NCBI GenBank assembly: GCA_964350935.1
Contig: CAYGLL010000003.1
Span: 1,487-65,486, forward strand
Length of the DNA stretch: 64,000 bases
Origin: an uncultured Candidatus Saccharibacteria bacterium
GTDB lineage: Bacteria > Patescibacteriota > Minisyncoccia > Phycocordibacterales > CAYGLL01
Direction of reading: 5' to 3'
Shown here: one piece after another, positions 1 through 8,740 of the stretch
How positions within the stretch are numbered: position 1 is the first letter of the stretch
Layout of the letters: each line of letters opens with the position of its first letter
The notes under the pieces: model-generated
What the model was told of the DNA's origin: nothing
The model's input: only the letters and a program-made list of their open reading frames with translations
The model's database searches: none
Program-made: the position numbers and the translations under genes

Positions 1-250
1 ATTTCAAAATTTTTTCGGAAAGTTTCAAGGGAATATTTCATTCTCCCGCATTCATCCCCGCAGTATAGCTTCCGGGATGAATGCGAGAGAGTGGGAAGGG
101 GGTCGGGGAAACGGGAGTTTCCCCGTGGCGGAATGCAGTGAGCGAAGCGAGCGCTGAAAACCGAGGGGTTTTCAGAATAAATCCGCTCGCCTAATGCCTC
201 GTCAGCTTGCTGCGCTGATTGGACGAGCGGGGTTTATTGAACCATGTGTC

Positions 251-279
251 TTGCACCCTGTCGACTGATACGCTATACT
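251..279 (+). promoter_or_regulatory. candidate sigma70 promoter for rpmH (TTGCAC-17bp-TATACT)
   Basis: TTGCAC at 251-256, a 17-bp spacer and TATACT at 274-279, ending about 10 bp upstream of the rpmH start. Confidence 0.5.
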
Positions 280-289
280 CCGAGAACAT

Positions 290-424
290 ATGTCATTCAC
301 CTATAAGCCTAAAAAGAAGAAGCGGGCACGTACGCACGGGTTTCTGTCACGCTCAAAGTCTCCCGGAGGAAAAAATGTGATTGCTCGCCGCCGCCGCCGC
401 GGACGCAAAAAGATCGCTCTCTAG
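290..424 (+). CDS. rpmH: 50S ribosomal protein L34
   Basis: Hand translation gives [44 protein letters not shown], 44 aa and basic, typical of L34. It lies directly upstream of rnpA. The ORF is below the track cut-off. Confidence 0.85.
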   Translation: MSFTYKPKKKKRARTHGFLSRSKSPGGKNVIARRRRRGRKKIAL

Positions 425-427
425 AGC

Positions 428-770
428 CATGCTTCCGAAAACGCGACGCGTATCGCGACTCCTTAAAGAACGCACCGAGGGTGTGAGAGCCCGCGTTTTT
501 TCAAATAGTGATTTTCGTATCACCGTCTACCCTTTTTCCGGGCCGAGTGTGTTTTCCTGTGCGGTAGCTAAAAAAATCCTCCCCCGCGCTGTTGATCGTA
601 ATCGAACGCGCCGCCGCCTCTATACTATTGTGCAGGAGCTGTTACCGAGTATTAAAAACGGGAACCTCTGTATGGTCCAAGTGCGGACACGGGAAGTTGG
701 AGGATTAGACCAGGTTCGTCTAAAAGAAAGTCTCATGAGTCTCCTCATGAAGGCAGCTGTTATGGACTAA
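428..770 (+). CDS. rnpA: RNase P protein component
   Basis: The ORF 381-770 has an internal start MLPKTRRV at 428. It is a basic protein containing NSDFRITVYPF..RAVDRNRTRRRL, immediately after rpmH and before yidC. Confidence 0.75.
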
Positions 771-813
771 GTGTAAAGTTGTCTTTAACCGCCGCATCGT
801 CTAGAATGTGTGA

Positions 814-1539
814 ATGTTGGCGCTTTACCATACTATTGTCTACCAGCCCCTCTATAACGGGCTTATTTTTTTGCTCAGTATTTCTCCGGTCATCGATACC
901 GGCATAGCCGTCATTATTTTAACGATTGTGGTAAAAATAGTGCTTTTCCCGCTGTCGAAAAAATTCATCGCCACGCAAATGGTTATGAAAGAGGTCCAGC
1001 CCCTGATTGATTCTATAAAAGCGAAGTATAAAGACCGTCAGGAACAAGCGCGAAAAATCATGGATGTCTATAAAGACAAAAAGGTCAATCCTTTTTCAGG
1101 TTTTCTCCTGATTTTAGTGCAAATCCCCATTCTCTTCGCACTCTACAGTGTTTTCAACAGTGGCCTTCCTGCCATTAAACTTGAGGATCTCTACTCGTTT
1201 ATCAGCGCCCCGAGCGAGGTGAGCATGATGTTCCTCGGTTGGTTTGATGTTTCTGAACACAAAAATATTATTTTGGCGCTTCTCGTTGCTCTCACCCAGT
1301 TTTTTCAGGCACGCTTTATGATTGCCGGACAAAAACCTGCTGCAGGCGGGGCTCCCTCGGCTGCCACAGACTTTGCACGTAGTATGAATGTTCAGATGCA
1401 GTACGTTCTTCCGATTTTTATTGGTGTCATTTCCTACAACCTCTCAGGCGCGCTTGCCATTTACTGGATTACGAGTAATCTATTCGCCATAGGGCAGGAA
1501 ATTTATATGAAACGCTTGCGAAAACTGAGAGCACAATGA
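814..1539 (+). CDS. yidC: YidC/Oxa1-family membrane protein insertase (short form)
   Basis: 241-aa multi-TM protein with the conserved rpmH-rnpA-yidC-jag gene order. Confidence 0.8.
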   Translation: MLALYHTIVYQPLYNGLIFLLSISPVIDTGIAVIILTIVVKIVLFPLSKKFIATQMVMKEVQPLIDSIKAKYKDRQEQARKIMDVYKDKKVNPFSGFLLILVQIPILFALYSVFNSGLPAIKLEDLYSFISAPSEVSMMFLGWFDVSEHKNIILALLVALTQFFQARFMIAGQKPAAGGAPSAATDFARSMNVQMQYVLPIFIGVISYNLSGALAIYWITSNLFAIGQEIYMKRLRKLRAQ

Positions 1540-2006
1540 ACGAAGAAATAAAAAAAATGATCGAAACCCTCCTCACCCACATGGGTGTTTCTTTCACTGA
1601 AATTGAAATTCGGTCAGCTGAAGGTCCCGAGTCTCTCACTTTTGTTATCAGAACAAATGAGTCCGGAATTCTTATCGGAAAGCAGGGTGAACATTTTACC
1701 TCACTCAAGCATGTGGTGAAAAAAATGGTTCAGAAGAAGGTGGGGTCGGAAGATTTCAAGTTCTCAGTCGACGTGAATGATTATCAGACACGCATGCTGA
1801 ATGATCTCAAAACCAAAATCAAGATTATGGGTGATCGGGCGCTTTCATTTAAGGTCAATATCGAGCTTGAACCGATGAGTTCGTACGAGCGTATGATTGT
1901 TCATGCTTACTTTAGCGAAAACCCCGAGCTTTCAACCGAGTCGGTGGGAGAGGGTCGCAATCGTCACGTGGTCATCCGTTACACCCCAGATAAACTGAAA
2001 GCGTAG
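1536..2006 (+). CDS. jag: Jag/KhpB-like RNA-binding protein (KH + R3H)
   Basis: C-terminal R3H-like segment YERMIVHAYFSENPEL..RHVVIRY, and the start overlaps the yidC stop. Confidence 0.7.
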   Translation: MNEEIKKMIETLLTHMGVSFTEIEIRSAEGPESLTFVIRTNESGILIGKQGEHFTSLKHVVKKMVQKKVGSEDFKFSVDVNDYQTRMLNDLKTKIKIMGDRALSFKVNIELEPMSSYERMIVHAYFSENPELSTESVGEGRNRHVVIRYTPDKLKA

Positions 2007-2040
2007 AGCGTCTAAGGAGAACATAGTTTACGAAGTTACG

Positions 2041-3339
2041 TTATTCCAGATCGTACACCCAGGCGGTCTGGTCGTTTTTATTTATGAACGCAAGATAGTT
2101 TTCAGCGGCATTGAGTTTAAGATCTACGGCATCAAAGGTTGTTTTTCCGAACGTCTCCAGGTCGGCGATGAGTTCTACCGCGCCTGTTTTACTATCGATT
2201 TTTACCAGCGTATCGTTAAAATTTATACCACCTTGGTACCACAGATCAGGATACTCTGCCGGAAAAAGATCCTTCGGCACCGCACAAAAGACAGCCGCTT
2301 CGATTCGGGACCAGGCGCACTTTTCAGGAAAGGTTTTAACATCAAGTTCAAATGACCCGCCAGTTTTTACATTATAGAGTGAGGTGACGATCTCACCATT
2401 ACTACTTCCTGAATAGAGTACGGTGTCCCCCGCCGGGTTGAGACTTGCCGTTAAACCACGGATGTTTCCGATAAGTTGCTGGAAAAGCGCTGTTTTGGTG
2501 TTGAGAGAGTAGAAGTAGCCATTCGTGTGCGCGGTCGCTTTGGTTTGGAGTGTCACTGTTGTTTCGTTTGGCCAGAGCGCGATCCATTCATCCGACGGAG
2601 AATCAAAGAGTGTTGTTTTTTTTGTGCCATCAGGATTTATCATGACGCCACTTGCACCGTTCCCGTGTGATACTAAATAGAAGAGCTTGTCGCCTTTAGG
2701 TGATGAGGTGATCGAGGTCACGTTTTGAGGAAGGAAGGTCGCTTCAAATTCGTGTGTGTCACTTTCGGCAACGGTTGAGGCGCCGATTCGACTTCCTGTG
2801 GTTGTGGTCATATCCATTGCCACCAGTTTTCCGTAAAAACCTTCAATTGTCGTACCATCGTCTTTCAGATATCGTACTGCAACACCTCTGCCCTGCTCTG
2901 CCCAGACGCCATCATAAACAACAGAACGAATGTCAGTGTTTAAGAGACGTTCCTGACGCTGATCGTCAGGTGATACCTCGTAAATGCGGGGAAGTGTTTT
3001 TCGTTCGATATAGCGGATTTTTGAAATATTTTCCCGATCGACGAACGTGATTCCCGCCACAGGTTCAACAGAAATTTTTTTCAACTTATTAGTTGATGTG
3101 GGGAGTTGTTGGTTCGGTGAAACACCAGGTGGTGGATTTTGTCCGGGGTTTGGGTTTGGAGAGCTAGGTGGCGGATTGTTGGGGAATGGAAAAAGATTTT
3201 GAGGTGTTCCTGATGGGGTTGGACTAATCTCAGGGTCTGTGCCGGTTTCGTTGTTGAGATAGAGATAGAAACCAACAAAAGCTCCGCCCAAGAGGAGAAT
3301 AAAGAGAACGATAATGATGGTGGTAAGTTTTCGTGACAT
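2041..3339 (-). CDS. secreted/membrane-anchored hypothetical protein with Pro-rich linker and beta-propeller-like domain
   Basis: N-terminal TM helix, a PPPSSPNPNPGQNPPPG linker and a 300-aa beta-rich C-terminus. It is the last gene of the minus-strand operon. Confidence 0.4.
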   Translation of the reverse strand: MSRKLTTIIIVLFILLLGGAFVGFYLYLNNETGTDPEISPTPSGTPQNLFPFPNNPPPSSPNPNPGQNPPPGVSPNQQLPTSTNKLKKISVEPVAGITFVDRENISKIRYIERKTLPRIYEVSPDDQRQERLLNTDIRSVVYDGVWAEQGRGVAVRYLKDDGTTIEGFYGKLVAMDMTTTTGSRIGASTVAESDTHEFEATFLPQNVTSITSSPKGDKLFYLVSHGNGASGVMINPDGTKKTTLFDSPSDEWIALWPNETTVTLQTKATAHTNGYFYSLNTKTALFQQLIGNIRGLTASLNPAGDTVLYSGSSNGEIVTSLYNVKTGGSFELDVKTFPEKCAWSRIEAAVFCAVPKDLFPAEYPDLWYQGGINFNDTLVKIDSKTGAVELIADLETFGKTTFDAVDLKLNAAENYLAFINKNDQTAWVYDLE

Positions 3340-3345
3340 AAATCT

Positions 3346-4029
3346 TTATCGAGGGGGTGGTGGTGCCGGTGGATTTCCCGACCAGTGGCAGCATACCTGG
3401 CCGGAAGTTATTCTGTGTCCTGGGGCTGGGTTCGGATTTTGTGTGCAGGCGTATCCTGGAGTAGAAATTGAGCTTACGAGAGTATAGTCGGGTCTTATTT
3501 CGCAACCAACGCTTGCAGACCGTTTGACATAAAGTTGGTTTCGTTCGCCGGCCGGTGGTGGCGGAGCAACGTTTCCTACTGGAGCGCCCGGTGTTATCAA
3601 CTGGAGATTAGTTACAAGGTCGGGGTTTAGGGTGTAGAGAATGAGATAGGAGAGAAAAGCAAGAAGAAGACCACCCAACGCATTCCAGATTCTCTTTTTT
3701 GCAGCTTCTTTACTGGTGATTGCTTCACTCACCATATATTCAATACCAGCATACGTTATGACAATAACGGCGAGGATTCCCGCAATCGCGATACCACCTT
3801 TGTAAGCTCCGGGGAGATAACGCTCGAGACGTGTATAGCAGTTAGTGCTGCGAGTTTGAGCGTTGGCCGCGCTACACGCTCCGTCAGTGGTTCCGGGAAT
3901 AGGTGCCATAGGAATGTAGTCTTCGAACGGTGGAATAATTTGTGCGTCTAGAGTGAGCGGTATGACGGAAGCCCAGAGAGTGATGGCGAGACAGGCTATT
4001 TTTGGCAGTAGTATAAAAATTTTTTTCAT
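3346..4029 (-). CDS. candidate VirB2/TrbC-like pilin (signal peptide + two hydrophobic helices, Cys/Pro-rich tail)
   Basis: Signal peptide MKKIFILLPKIACLAITLWASV followed by two TM segments (GGIAIAGILAVIVITYAG and GGLLLAFLSYLILYTL). It sits three genes below the VirB4-family ATPase. Confidence 0.35.
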   Translation of the reverse strand: MKKIFILLPKIACLAITLWASVIPLTLDAQIIPPFEDYIPMAPIPGTTDGACSAANAQTRSTNCYTRLERYLPGAYKGGIAIAGILAVIVITYAGIEYMVSEAITSKEAAKKRIWNALGGLLLAFLSYLILYTLNPDLVTNLQLITPGAPVGNVAPPPPAGERNQLYVKRSASVGCEIRPDYTLVSSISTPGYACTQNPNPAPGHRITSGQVCCHWSGNPPAPPPPR

Positions 4030-4037
4030 AACATTTG

Positions 4038-5042
4038 TTAACGAAGAGTGCCAAAACTAATATCAACTTTTGTTGAGGATGTATCGTAGGGTCTCAAGCT
4101 GTTTTTCGCAGATACACTGAGGCCGGTAACTTTTTTAACATCTTTATTTTTACGCATAAGCAGTGATTGTTTGTTCTCGTTTTCGGAAAGATTCTTACCG
4201 TCGATCTGCCAGGTATACCCTACTGAACTTAAAGGTTGCGAAAAAAAATAAGGGGTGGCTGCAACCATAAGATCGTTGCCCTCAGCAAGATATCCTCCAG
4301 CAAGAAAATGATTAGTCATGGTTCCGTAGAGTGGACTTTCCGGGTACAAAACAAGCTTAGGCGAGAGTGGTTCAAGATTCAGGAGTCCGCGCGCGGTCAT
4401 AGTCCCGTCAACCGACGAAACTTCAACGGTAATTCGTAATGCTGAGAATCGGCTTTCATCTTCGAGACGGAACGAATCTTTACCAAAACCCGATTGCTGG
4501 TCCATAACTTTAGTCCCCACTTTCCATTTATAGACCAGGTTCTTACTCGGGATTGCTTTTCCGTTTTGACCCACAAAATGAGGAAGAGCAAAGATGGTTG
4601 CAGAACTCTGGTTGGTGAAGAGCGCCTTGCCTTTGTAAAAGGGCGGTGTATAGGTATTTGCACGCCATGAAATTTCAACACCGGCCGGACGCAGGAACAC
4701 CGTTTTAGTAACATTGGTGCCGTCGGGAGCTTTAATAACAGCGCTCACTTCAAGCGCACTCCCCAATGCCCCGGTTCGGAAGCTTATCTTTTTTTCACCC
4801 ACACCACTCTTAGTGAGTTTCCCGTTCACATACCACGAGATCGTCGCAAAATTGAGATTGGTCGAGAACGTTTTTACTTCGGCGATCACTGTTTCGTTGG
4901 GACGGGGCGGGTCGGGACTAAATTGAATCTCATAAAAACTGTCCAAGAATGAAGATTGTTGCGCGTTAAGAGTTGCTGGAATAAGGATAAGCAGTAGCGC
5001 AGATACTACCCATACACACCTTGTAAAGACGGATTGTTTCAT
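4038..5042 (-). CDS. secreted hypothetical protein
   Basis: Cleavable-looking signal peptide followed by a beta-rich sequence, inside the T4SS-like operon. Confidence 0.4.
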   Translation of the reverse strand: MKQSVFTRCVWVVSALLLILIPATLNAQQSSFLDSFYEIQFSPDPPRPNETVIAEVKTFSTNLNFATISWYVNGKLTKSGVGEKKISFRTGALGSALEVSAVIKAPDGTNVTKTVFLRPAGVEISWRANTYTPPFYKGKALFTNQSSATIFALPHFVGQNGKAIPSKNLVYKWKVGTKVMDQQSGFGKDSFRLEDESRFSALRITVEVSSVDGTMTARGLLNLEPLSPKLVLYPESPLYGTMTNHFLAGGYLAEGNDLMVAATPYFFSQPLSSVGYTWQIDGKNLSENENKQSLLMRKNKDVKKVTGLSVSAKNSLRPYDTSSTKVDISFGTLR

Positions 5043-5094
5043 ACGTAAATAGTAGACCTATTTTACCATGCTCACCAAACTCACCTTACGCCAA

Positions 5095-6915
5095 TTATCC
5101 ACCGGCAGCCTCGTGTTCTGCTTTGGCTTTCTTAATCGAAAGAACCTGCGAAGGGTCTGAGGTGATGATTTGGTCTTCAGTGTAGGAGGCAATGATTTTG
5201 ATTGCTACGTGTTTGAGACCGACGAAGAACATGCCCTCCCCTACATCTGATTCAAGAAGCAGATATTTCTCTTCGTCGGTGAGATTAAATACTTGCTGCA
5301 GGCGATCAATCGAAGTCGGTGATTGTTTAAGGAGAATTTGGATTGAAGAGTTGGTGAGAATGGGAAGGCCGTAGGGGGATTTCAAAAAGTCATCAACGTC
5401 CTGGGTGATGGTTGCAAGGCCTAAGTAGTACTTGCGGCCGCGCTTCGCGAGTCCTAGAAGGAACGAGGCAGTATCATCGGAACGCATCATCCACCATGCC
5501 TCGTCGATAACCATCAGGCGCTTGCGTAAGTTTTTACGGATCGCGACCCAGATATAGTGTGTGACGATGTACATCGCAACCGGCTTCAGTTCGTCTTCCA
5601 TGTCGCGGAGCGAGAAGACAATGAACTTCGCGTTGATATCAACGTTTGAAGGCTGGTTCAGGAATCCTGACCATGTGCCGCGGGTATATTTTGAAAGTTT
5701 CTGAACCAGGACCTCAGCTCCTTCCATACCGGCCAAAACAAGTTCGAAGTCCGACATGAGGGGTGGTTCGGCATTGGTAAAATCACCGTCAGGTGTGATG
5801 TCTTTGAGTGCGTAGGTTTCTGTGATGGCACGGTCGATGATCGCATCCTCAGCAGGTGAAAGACCCCCGAGCATGATGCGGAAGAGGCCGACCAGCGTGA
5901 CGATGTTTGAACGCAACACATCTGAAGGGGACTCATCTTCGCGGATCATAGGAAGATCAAAAGGGTTGATGTGGTGTTCGGAGGTCAGTGAGATGTTGAA
6001 GTAGCGTCCTCCGACCGCCTCAGCCATGTATTCGTACTCGCGTTCAGGGTCGATAACAATAACTTCAGTATCGAACATGAGCGTGCGTAAAATTTCGAGT
6101 TTAGTCGTGTAGGATTTACCGGAACCAGATTTGGCAAAGGTGATCGAGTTGTAGTTCTCAAGACCGAATCGATCAAAGAGCACCAGTGATGAATTGTGAC
6201 GATTTATCCCGTAGAGAATTCCCTTGTCTGAGGTAAGGTCAAAGGAAACAAAGGGAAAGACACTCGACAATGGCGATGAGTTGAGTTTGGAGTGAACACC
6301 GAGTTCATCTGAGCAAATCGGTAGTGTTGAGCGAAAACCCTGCTCCTGCTGGAAGAGTGCCGGTTTGATATAGATGAGTTTCGATTCGAGGAGTGATTTT
6401 ACTTCGGACTCGATTTTATCAAGCTCTGCCTCATTATCTCCATAGATGGTGATGTAGAGTCCGACATCAAAGATCTTTTCCTGAGCCTGCTGGAGATCAT
6501 CGCGGAGTTTTTCAAGGTCCTGGTAGGCGGTATCGAGCATTGGGTCGCGCACCAACCCTTTTTCTTCTCGCATGTGAATCTGGCTTGAAACCTCGGCAAC
6601 TTTTTTCTGAAACTGTCGGAGTATTTGTGAGGTTTCAATAGGGTGAACAAAAATAGCGATATCAAATACTTTGTCGAGGTTGATGATTGGTGAAAACCAG
6701 CCTTCAGAAAGGAAGCGCGGGTATGACATAACAAAGAAGGTGCGGGCGATTTTTTCAGCGATGTGAAATTCGCGCGGAAGGATTTTGAGGGCTGAAGGAG
6801 CAATAATGTCTTTAAGTTCCAGGACGCCGGCCTCGTAAATTTCCTGCGGCAAAATTGCCGTGATCTGCGGCTTTTTCGACTGCGGTTTGAGGCCTAATTT
6901 TTCAAGTAATCCCAT
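5095..6915 (-). CDS. VirB4/TrbE/CagE-family conjugation-type ATPase, C-terminal two-thirds
   Basis: Walker A FAKSGSGKSYTT and Walker B VIDEAWWMM, typical VirB4 motifs. There is no N-terminal domain and the ORF starts right after the IR element. Confidence 0.8.
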   Translation of the reverse strand: MGLLEKLGLKPQSKKPQITAILPQEIYEAGVLELKDIIAPSALKILPREFHIAEKIARTFFVMSYPRFLSEGWFSPIINLDKVFDIAIFVHPIETSQILRQFQKKVAEVSSQIHMREEKGLVRDPMLDTAYQDLEKLRDDLQQAQEKIFDVGLYITIYGDNEAELDKIESEVKSLLESKLIYIKPALFQQEQGFRSTLPICSDELGVHSKLNSSPLSSVFPFVSFDLTSDKGILYGINRHNSSLVLFDRFGLENYNSITFAKSGSGKSYTTKLEILRTLMFDTEVIVIDPEREYEYMAEAVGGRYFNISLTSEHHINPFDLPMIREDESPSDVLRSNIVTLVGLFRIMLGGLSPAEDAIIDRAITETYALKDITPDGDFTNAEPPLMSDFELVLAGMEGAEVLVQKLSKYTRGTWSGFLNQPSNVDINAKFIVFSLRDMEDELKPVAMYIVTHYIWVAIRKNLRKRLMVIDEAWWMMRSDDTASFLLGLAKRGRKYYLGLATITQDVDDFLKSPYGLPILTNSSIQILLKQSPTSIDRLQQVFNLTDEEKYLLLESDVGEGMFFVGLKHVAIKIIASYTEDQIITSDPSQVLSIKKAKAEHEAAGG

Positions 6916-6924
6916 TTTATATAT

Positions 6925-7015
6925 GAATTATGAAGCAGGAATTATGAATTAAGAAAAGAGATTTCTTTTTGGTCAGATTCTTTTTCATTATTCTTAATTC
7001 GTTATTCATAATTCT
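6925..7015. mobile_element. MITE-like inverted-repeat element (GAATTATGAA...TTCATAATTC ends) splitting VirB4
   Basis: Left arm gaattatgaagcaggaattatgaattaagaa and right arm ttcttaattcgttattcataattc are reverse complements. The 103-bp block sits exactly between the VirB4 N- and C-terminal ORFs. Confidence 0.45.
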
Positions 7016-7018
7016 TTT

Positions 7019-7663
7019 TTAGTTTAGTTGAATCGGTTTCTCAATATCGCCGGGATTGAATATTTTGTAGTAGAGCTCGATGATCTCTTCGGTCCCCAGT
7101 TGTACGACCCTGATACCGCAGCGGATCAATCCCTGTTCAATAATGGAGAGGCGCTGTTCAAGTTGTGCCCGATTTTCTTCGAAATTTTCTTCTTTATCCC
7201 GCACCAGCTCGTCTTTAGTGCGGCTTCCGCCCATGCCCGGGATCCCACCAAGACCCTTTTTTCCACCCATCGCGGTTGGTGAGAAGGGCACCACAACGAA
7301 AAACGTTTTAGTCATGATACTTGTGCTTTCGGTGAATGTTTTTACGAATTCAATGTATTCGCGCGTCTGAATTTTCATCAGCTCATCCTCCTGATTCTTG
7401 TAGCGATCTTCGAGAAGCGCAAGGTATGGCCGAATATCCAGGCGTCGTGACTGAACGAATATTTGAATCGAAAAATCAAGCGAGTTTAAAAAGTTTTGAA
7501 ACTGAATAATGATTGCCTGCTGATTTTCTTCTGACTTGAGCGCAAAGTTCAGGGACGAGGTCATGGCAATACCGCGCAGCCCCCCGTCTTTCAGGATAAC
7601 TACACCATCACGTATCTCTTTGATGGGAACGAATTCCTGTGCAGCTTTTGATTTGATGGCCAT
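7019..7663 (-). CDS. VirB4-family ATPase, N-terminal domain fragment
   Basis: MAIKSKAAQEFVPIKEIRDGVVILKDGGLRGIAMTSSLNFALKSEENQQAIIIQF... matches the N-terminal domain pattern of Gram-positive VirB4 homologues. The track's TTG start at 7723 reads through the repeat, so the start is taken at MAIKSK. Confidence 0.6.
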   Translation of the reverse strand: MAIKSKAAQEFVPIKEIRDGVVILKDGGLRGIAMTSSLNFALKSEENQQAIIIQFQNFLNSLDFSIQIFVQSRRLDIRPYLALLEDRYKNQEDELMKIQTREYIEFVKTFTESTSIMTKTFFVVVPFSPTAMGGKKGLGGIPGMGGSRTKDELVRDKEENFEENRAQLEQRLSIIEQGLIRCGIRVVQLGTEEIIELYYKIFNPGDIEKPIQLN

Positions 7664-7679
7664 AAATAAGTGGAAGGAA

Positions 7680-7830
7680 GAATTATGAATTATGAAGTAT
7701 GAGGGAAGGTATACAGTATACAACGCGATGAGCTAAAAGATGCGATCCAGTTTCTTTCTCTCGGCTGTAAAATACATTCTTTTTTCTTAATTCTGTATTC
7801 ATAATTCTTAATTCATTACTCGCAATTCAT
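7680..7830. mobile_element. second copy of the inverted-repeat element (no cargo)
   Basis: gaattatgaattatgaag at 7680 and cttaattctgtattcataattcttaattcat at 7786-7830 are inverted copies of the locus A arms. Confidence 0.4.
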
Positions 7831-8275
7831 CCCTCCGCCCGTGGCGCACATCCTCGTCTTCAGTAACGGGATTCAGACTCTCTTTGATGTCGAGACTCCA
7901 GGTGAGGTCTTTGAGTTTTGAAGCAGAAAGCTTTGGTACATAGATCGGTTGCTGTTTCTTTTCCTCTTCAGCAGCTTCGGTAACCAGTTTTGGTTTAGGA
8001 TCAATTTTTTTCCAAGTATAGAGGCGGTCCCCGATGTAATATTTGAAGGCAGATTCCATAACATTAATGAATGCGCGGCCGTGTACTTTGTAGAATGCGA
8101 GTGCGAGTGAAACACCAACAACAGGAATGATAAAGATAATTCCCCACCACTTAAGGAATGACCAGATGACGAAGGCAAGGCCACCTCCGCCAATCAGAAA
8201 GACGAACTGTTTGAAGGTGAACGGTCCGAAGATTTTGTCTTCGACGCCTGTAAATTGTGGGACTTGAAAACGCAT
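7808..8275 (-). CDS. PrgI/VirB3-like small membrane protein
   Basis: N-terminal FTGVEDKIFGPFTFKQFVFLIGGG followed by two TM helices, adjacent to the VirB4 N-terminal ORF. Confidence 0.5.
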   Translation of the reverse strand: MRFQVPQFTGVEDKIFGPFTFKQFVFLIGGGGLAFVIWSFLKWWGIIFIIPVVGVSLALAFYKVHGRAFINVMESAFKYYIGDRLYTWKKIDPKPKLVTEAAEEEKKQQPIYVPKLSASKLKDLTWSLDIKESLNPVTEDEDVRHGRRDELRVMN

Positions 8276-8285
8276 GACAACGAAA

Positions 8286-8716
8286 GAATTATGAAGTGTG
8301 AATTACGAATTACGAATAAACTCTTTTGATTTTTTAATTAAACCGTTACAAAGCTTGCTCACCGTGATTGTGTGTTGTTCGGTTTCCATACATTCTTCAG
8401 AAGTTACATATCCAAGGTCTTTTGCGATAATTAATTGATTTTGTATCTCGGTAAGAGATCCGAGCGATATGTAATAGAATTTTACCTTTTCTTTAAATGA
8501 CTCTCTACTAAATCCTTCAGCGATGTTTGAAGTTATCGAGACGACCGCCCTTCTCATCTGGTTTACGAGCCCGAACTGCTCATCCTTAGGAAATTTTTTT
8601 GTTAGTTGGTAGATGGCAATAACGAGTACATGCCCTTCTTTCCACACATTCAAATCGGTAAATGACGATATTTTTTTCTGTCCGATTTCATTATTCATAA
8701 TTCTAAATTCATTCTT
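8286..8716. mobile_element. inverted-repeat element copy carrying a four-helix-bundle protein gene
   Basis: gaattatgaagtgtgaattacgaattacgaataa (8286-8320) and cattattcataattctaaattcattcttcg (8688-8716) flank ORF 8303-8698. The cargo start codon lies inside the GAATTATGAA motif. Confidence 0.45.
8303..8698 (-). CDS. four-helix-bundle protein (23S rRNA intervening-sequence protein family)
   Basis: DLNVWKEGHVLVIAIYQLTKKFPKDEQFGLVNQMRRAVVSITSNIAEGFSRES...LGSLTEIQNQLIIAKDLGY is the typical signature of this family. Confidence 0.75.
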   Translation of the reverse strand: MNNEIGQKKISSFTDLNVWKEGHVLVIAIYQLTKKFPKDEQFGLVNQMRRAVVSITSNIAEGFSRESFKEKVKFYYISLGSLTEIQNQLIIAKDLGYVTSEECMETEQHTITVSKLCNGLIKKSKEFIRNS

Positions 8717-8717
8717 C

Positions 8718-8740
8718 GTTGAGTAGTTTTGCTACTCAAC
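8718..8740 (-). terminator. perfect 9-bp hairpin overlapping the stop of ORF 8732-9781
   Basis: gttgagtag-ttttg-ctactcaac. Confidence 0.35.

Noticed and set aside
7664-7723. N-terminal 20-aa extension (MYTVYLPSYFIIHNSSFHLF) of the VirB4 N-terminal ORF from a TTG start
   Set aside because: The extension is a translation of the inverted-repeat element. The conserved protein begins at MAIKSK.
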